Virus record (IMG/VR): IMGVR_UViG_3300045988_147492
From: a virus
Taxonomy: Duplodnaviria > Heunggongvirae > Uroviricota > Caudoviricetes
DNA length: 26,796 nucleotides
Reading direction: 5' to 3' (one strand)
Part shown: one piece after another, positions 25,178 to 26,796 of the stretch
How positions within the stretch are numbered: the stretch's first letter is position 1
How the letters are laid out: every line of letters starts with the position of its first letter
Translations under genes and position numbers: made by a program
Notes under the pieces: model-generated
Told to the model about the DNA's origin: nothing
What the model saw: only the letters and a program-made list of their open reading frames with translations
The model's database searches: none

Positions 25178-26340
25178 TGCTGGATGCGCTGACATTTGAT
25201 GCAGGCAGTACGCTGACGCCGGATTACATGCTGATGCTCGACAGCAGGGATATTACCGGCAATATCAGCGACCGTCTGATGAGCATGACCCTGACGGATA
25301 ACCGGGGCTTTGAGGCTGACCAGCTTGATATTGAACTGAACGATGCCGACGGGCAGGTCGGGCTGCCGGTTCGTGGCGCTGTCCTGACGGTGTATATCGG
25401 CTGGAAAGGTTTTGCCCTGGTATGCAAAGGGAAATTTACCGTTGATGAGGTTGAACACCGGGGCGCACCGGATGTGGTCACCATCCGCGCCCGGAGTGCA
25501 GATTTTCGCGGGACGCTCAATTCCCGCCGGGAAGGCTCCTGGCATTACACCACGCTCGGTGCGATTGTTGAAGCGATAGCCTCCCGTAACAGGCTGGAAG
25601 CCAGTGTCGCGCCGTCACTGGCCGGAATTAAAATCCCGCACATCGACCAGTCGCAGGAGTCTGATGCGAAATTCCTGACCCGTCTTGCAGAACGCAACGG
25701 CGGTGAGGTGTCGGTAAAAATGGGAAAACTGCTGTTTCTCAAAGCGGGGCAGGGGGTGACGGCCAGCGGTAAAAAAATCCCGCAGATTACCATCACCCGC
25801 AGCGACGGCGACCGTCATCATTTTGCGATTGCTGACCGCGGAGCCTACACAGGCGTAACGGCAAAGTGGTTACACACCAAAGACCCGAAGCCGCAAAAGC
25901 AGAAGGTAAAACTGAAACGCAAAAAGAAAGAGAAACACCTGCGCGCACTGGAGCACCCGAAAGCGAAACCAGTCACGCAGAAGAAAGCGCCAAAAATACC
26001 GGAAGCGCGCGAAGGTGAATACATGGCCGGTGAGGCTGACAACGTTTTTGCACTGACCACGGTATATGCCACGAAAGCACAGGCCATGCGCGCCGCTCAG
26101 GCGAAGTGGGATAAACTGCAACGGGGTGTAGCGGAGTTCTCCATCAGTCTGGCTACTGGTCGGGCAGATATTTACACGGAAACGCCGGTCAAAGTGTCAG
26201 GCTTTAAGCGCGTCATAGACGAGCAGGACTGGACAATCACTAAGGTGACACATTTTCTGAATAATAGCGGCTTCACGACGTCCTTGGAGCTTGAGGTCAG
26301 GCTTTCTGATGTGGAGTACGAAACCGAAGATGATGAGTGA
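25177..26340 (+). CDS. D: Tail/baseplate hub protein D (387 aa)
   Basis: Size and position match P2 gpD; start overlaps the U stop by one base. Confidence 0.92.
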   Translation: MLDALTFDAGSTLTPDYMLMLDSRDITGNISDRLMSMTLTDNRGFEADQLDIELNDADGQVGLPVRGAVLTVYIGWKGFALVCKGKFTVDEVEHRGAPDVVTIRARSADFRGTLNSRREGSWHYTTLGAIVEAIASRNRLEASVAPSLAGIKIPHIDQSQESDAKFLTRLAERNGGEVSVKMGKLLFLKAGQGVTASGKKIPQITITRSDGDRHHFAIADRGAYTGVTAKWLHTKDPKPQKQKVKLKRKKKEKHLRALEHPKAKPVTQKKAPKIPEAREGEYMAGEADNVFALTTVYATKAQAMRAAQAKWDKLQRGVAEFSISLATGRADIYTETPVKVSGFKRVIDEQDWTITKVTHFLNNSGFTTSLELEVRLSDVEYETEDDE

Positions 26341-26421
26341 TGTTTTTGTTTTATCTATTTGTTTTATAAGGATAAATTAACTAAAATGGCACCATCAACA
26401 AAACCGGAAGAGGTGCTCGCG

Positions 26422-26640
26422 ATGTTTCATTGTCCTTTATGCCAGCATGCCGCACATGCGCGTACAAGCCGCTATATCACTGACACGACAAAAGAGCGTT
26501 ATCACCAGTGTCAGAACGTGAATTGCAGCGCCACGTTCATCACTTATGAGTCGGTACAGCGATACATCGTGAAGCCGGGAGAAGTCCACGCCGTAAGACC
26601 GCACCCGTTGCCGTCAGGGCAGCAAATTATGTGGATGTAA
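26422..26640 (+). CDS. ogr: Late-gene transcriptional activator Ogr (72 aa, zinc-binding CxxC...CxxxxC)
   Basis: The ATG at 26422 gives MFHCPLCQHAAHARTSRYITDTTKERYHQCQNVNCSATF..., recognised as P2 Ogr with four zinc-coordinating Cys. The track's 93-aa form begins at an upstream TTG (26359) and is rejected. Confidence 0.92.
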   Translation: MFHCPLCQHAAHARTSRYITDTTKERYHQCQNVNCSATFITYESVQRYIVKPGEVHAVRPHPLPSGQQIMWM

Positions 26641-26651
26641 TTACATACAGG

Positions 26652-26678
26652 AAGCCCCTCAGTCGAGGGGCTTTTTTG
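26652..26678 (+). terminator. Rho-independent terminator after ogr
   Basis: Stem aagcccctc (26652-26660) pairs with gaggggctt (26665-26673), loop agtc, followed by a T-run through 26677. Confidence 0.8.
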
Positions 26679-26741
26679 TCGATGTGGTCAATGTGTGGAC
26701 GTGACCAGAAATAAATCCTTTTATTTCATTGTATTACGCGT

Positions 26742-26768
26742 AAAAAATAAGCCCGTGTAAGGGAGATT
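26742..26768. other. att: P2-type attachment-site core (attR of a prophage, or attP): AAAAAATAAGCCCGTGTAAGGGAGATT
   Basis: The 27-bp sequence sits just after the ogr terminator, where the P2 att core lies between ogr and int. The identification of the core sequence is from memory. Confidence 0.55.
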
Positions 26769-26796
26769 ACACAGGCTAAGGAGGTGGTTCCTGGTA

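Noticed and set aside
1-26796. tRNA, rRNA or integrase genes within the window
   Set aside because: No cloverleaf-like or rRNA-like segments and no integrase-like ORF were recognised. The att core is at the extreme right edge, so any tRNA or int would lie outside the window.

Overview
This window is the late (virion and lysis) region of a P2-like temperate phage, almost certainly integrated as a prophage, plus two AT-rich cargo islands. Reading left to right: the 3' end of an early gene (2-430); an AT-rich four-gene cassette (932-4116) ending in a large SMC/Rad50-like ABC ATPase; the cos site (4250-4268); then portal Q and terminase P on the minus strand, followed on the plus strand by O-N-M-L-X-Y-K-lysA-lysB(lysC)-R-S-V-W-J-I-H-G, a second small AT-rich island (18892-20037), FI-FII-E(E+E')-T-U-D-ogr, a terminator and a P2-type att core at the right edge. 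Gene order, overlaps and protein lengths match what I recall for phage P2, except that the tail fibre H is longer and carries tandem repeats, and both cargo loci hold non-P2 genes. The most interesting object is the cassette at 932-4116. It sits at the P2 old/tin position, a known anti-phage defence hotspot, and encodes a membrane-anchored repeat protein, two small helical proteins and a 645-aa ABC ATPase with a long coiled coil and a central CxxC-x11-CxxC zinc-hook-like motif, with no recognisable nuclease. I read it as a candidate, possibly undescribed, Lamassu/ABC-3C-like defence system with an unusual effector. All calls are from reading the sequence and recalled knowledge of P2; no database search was run.
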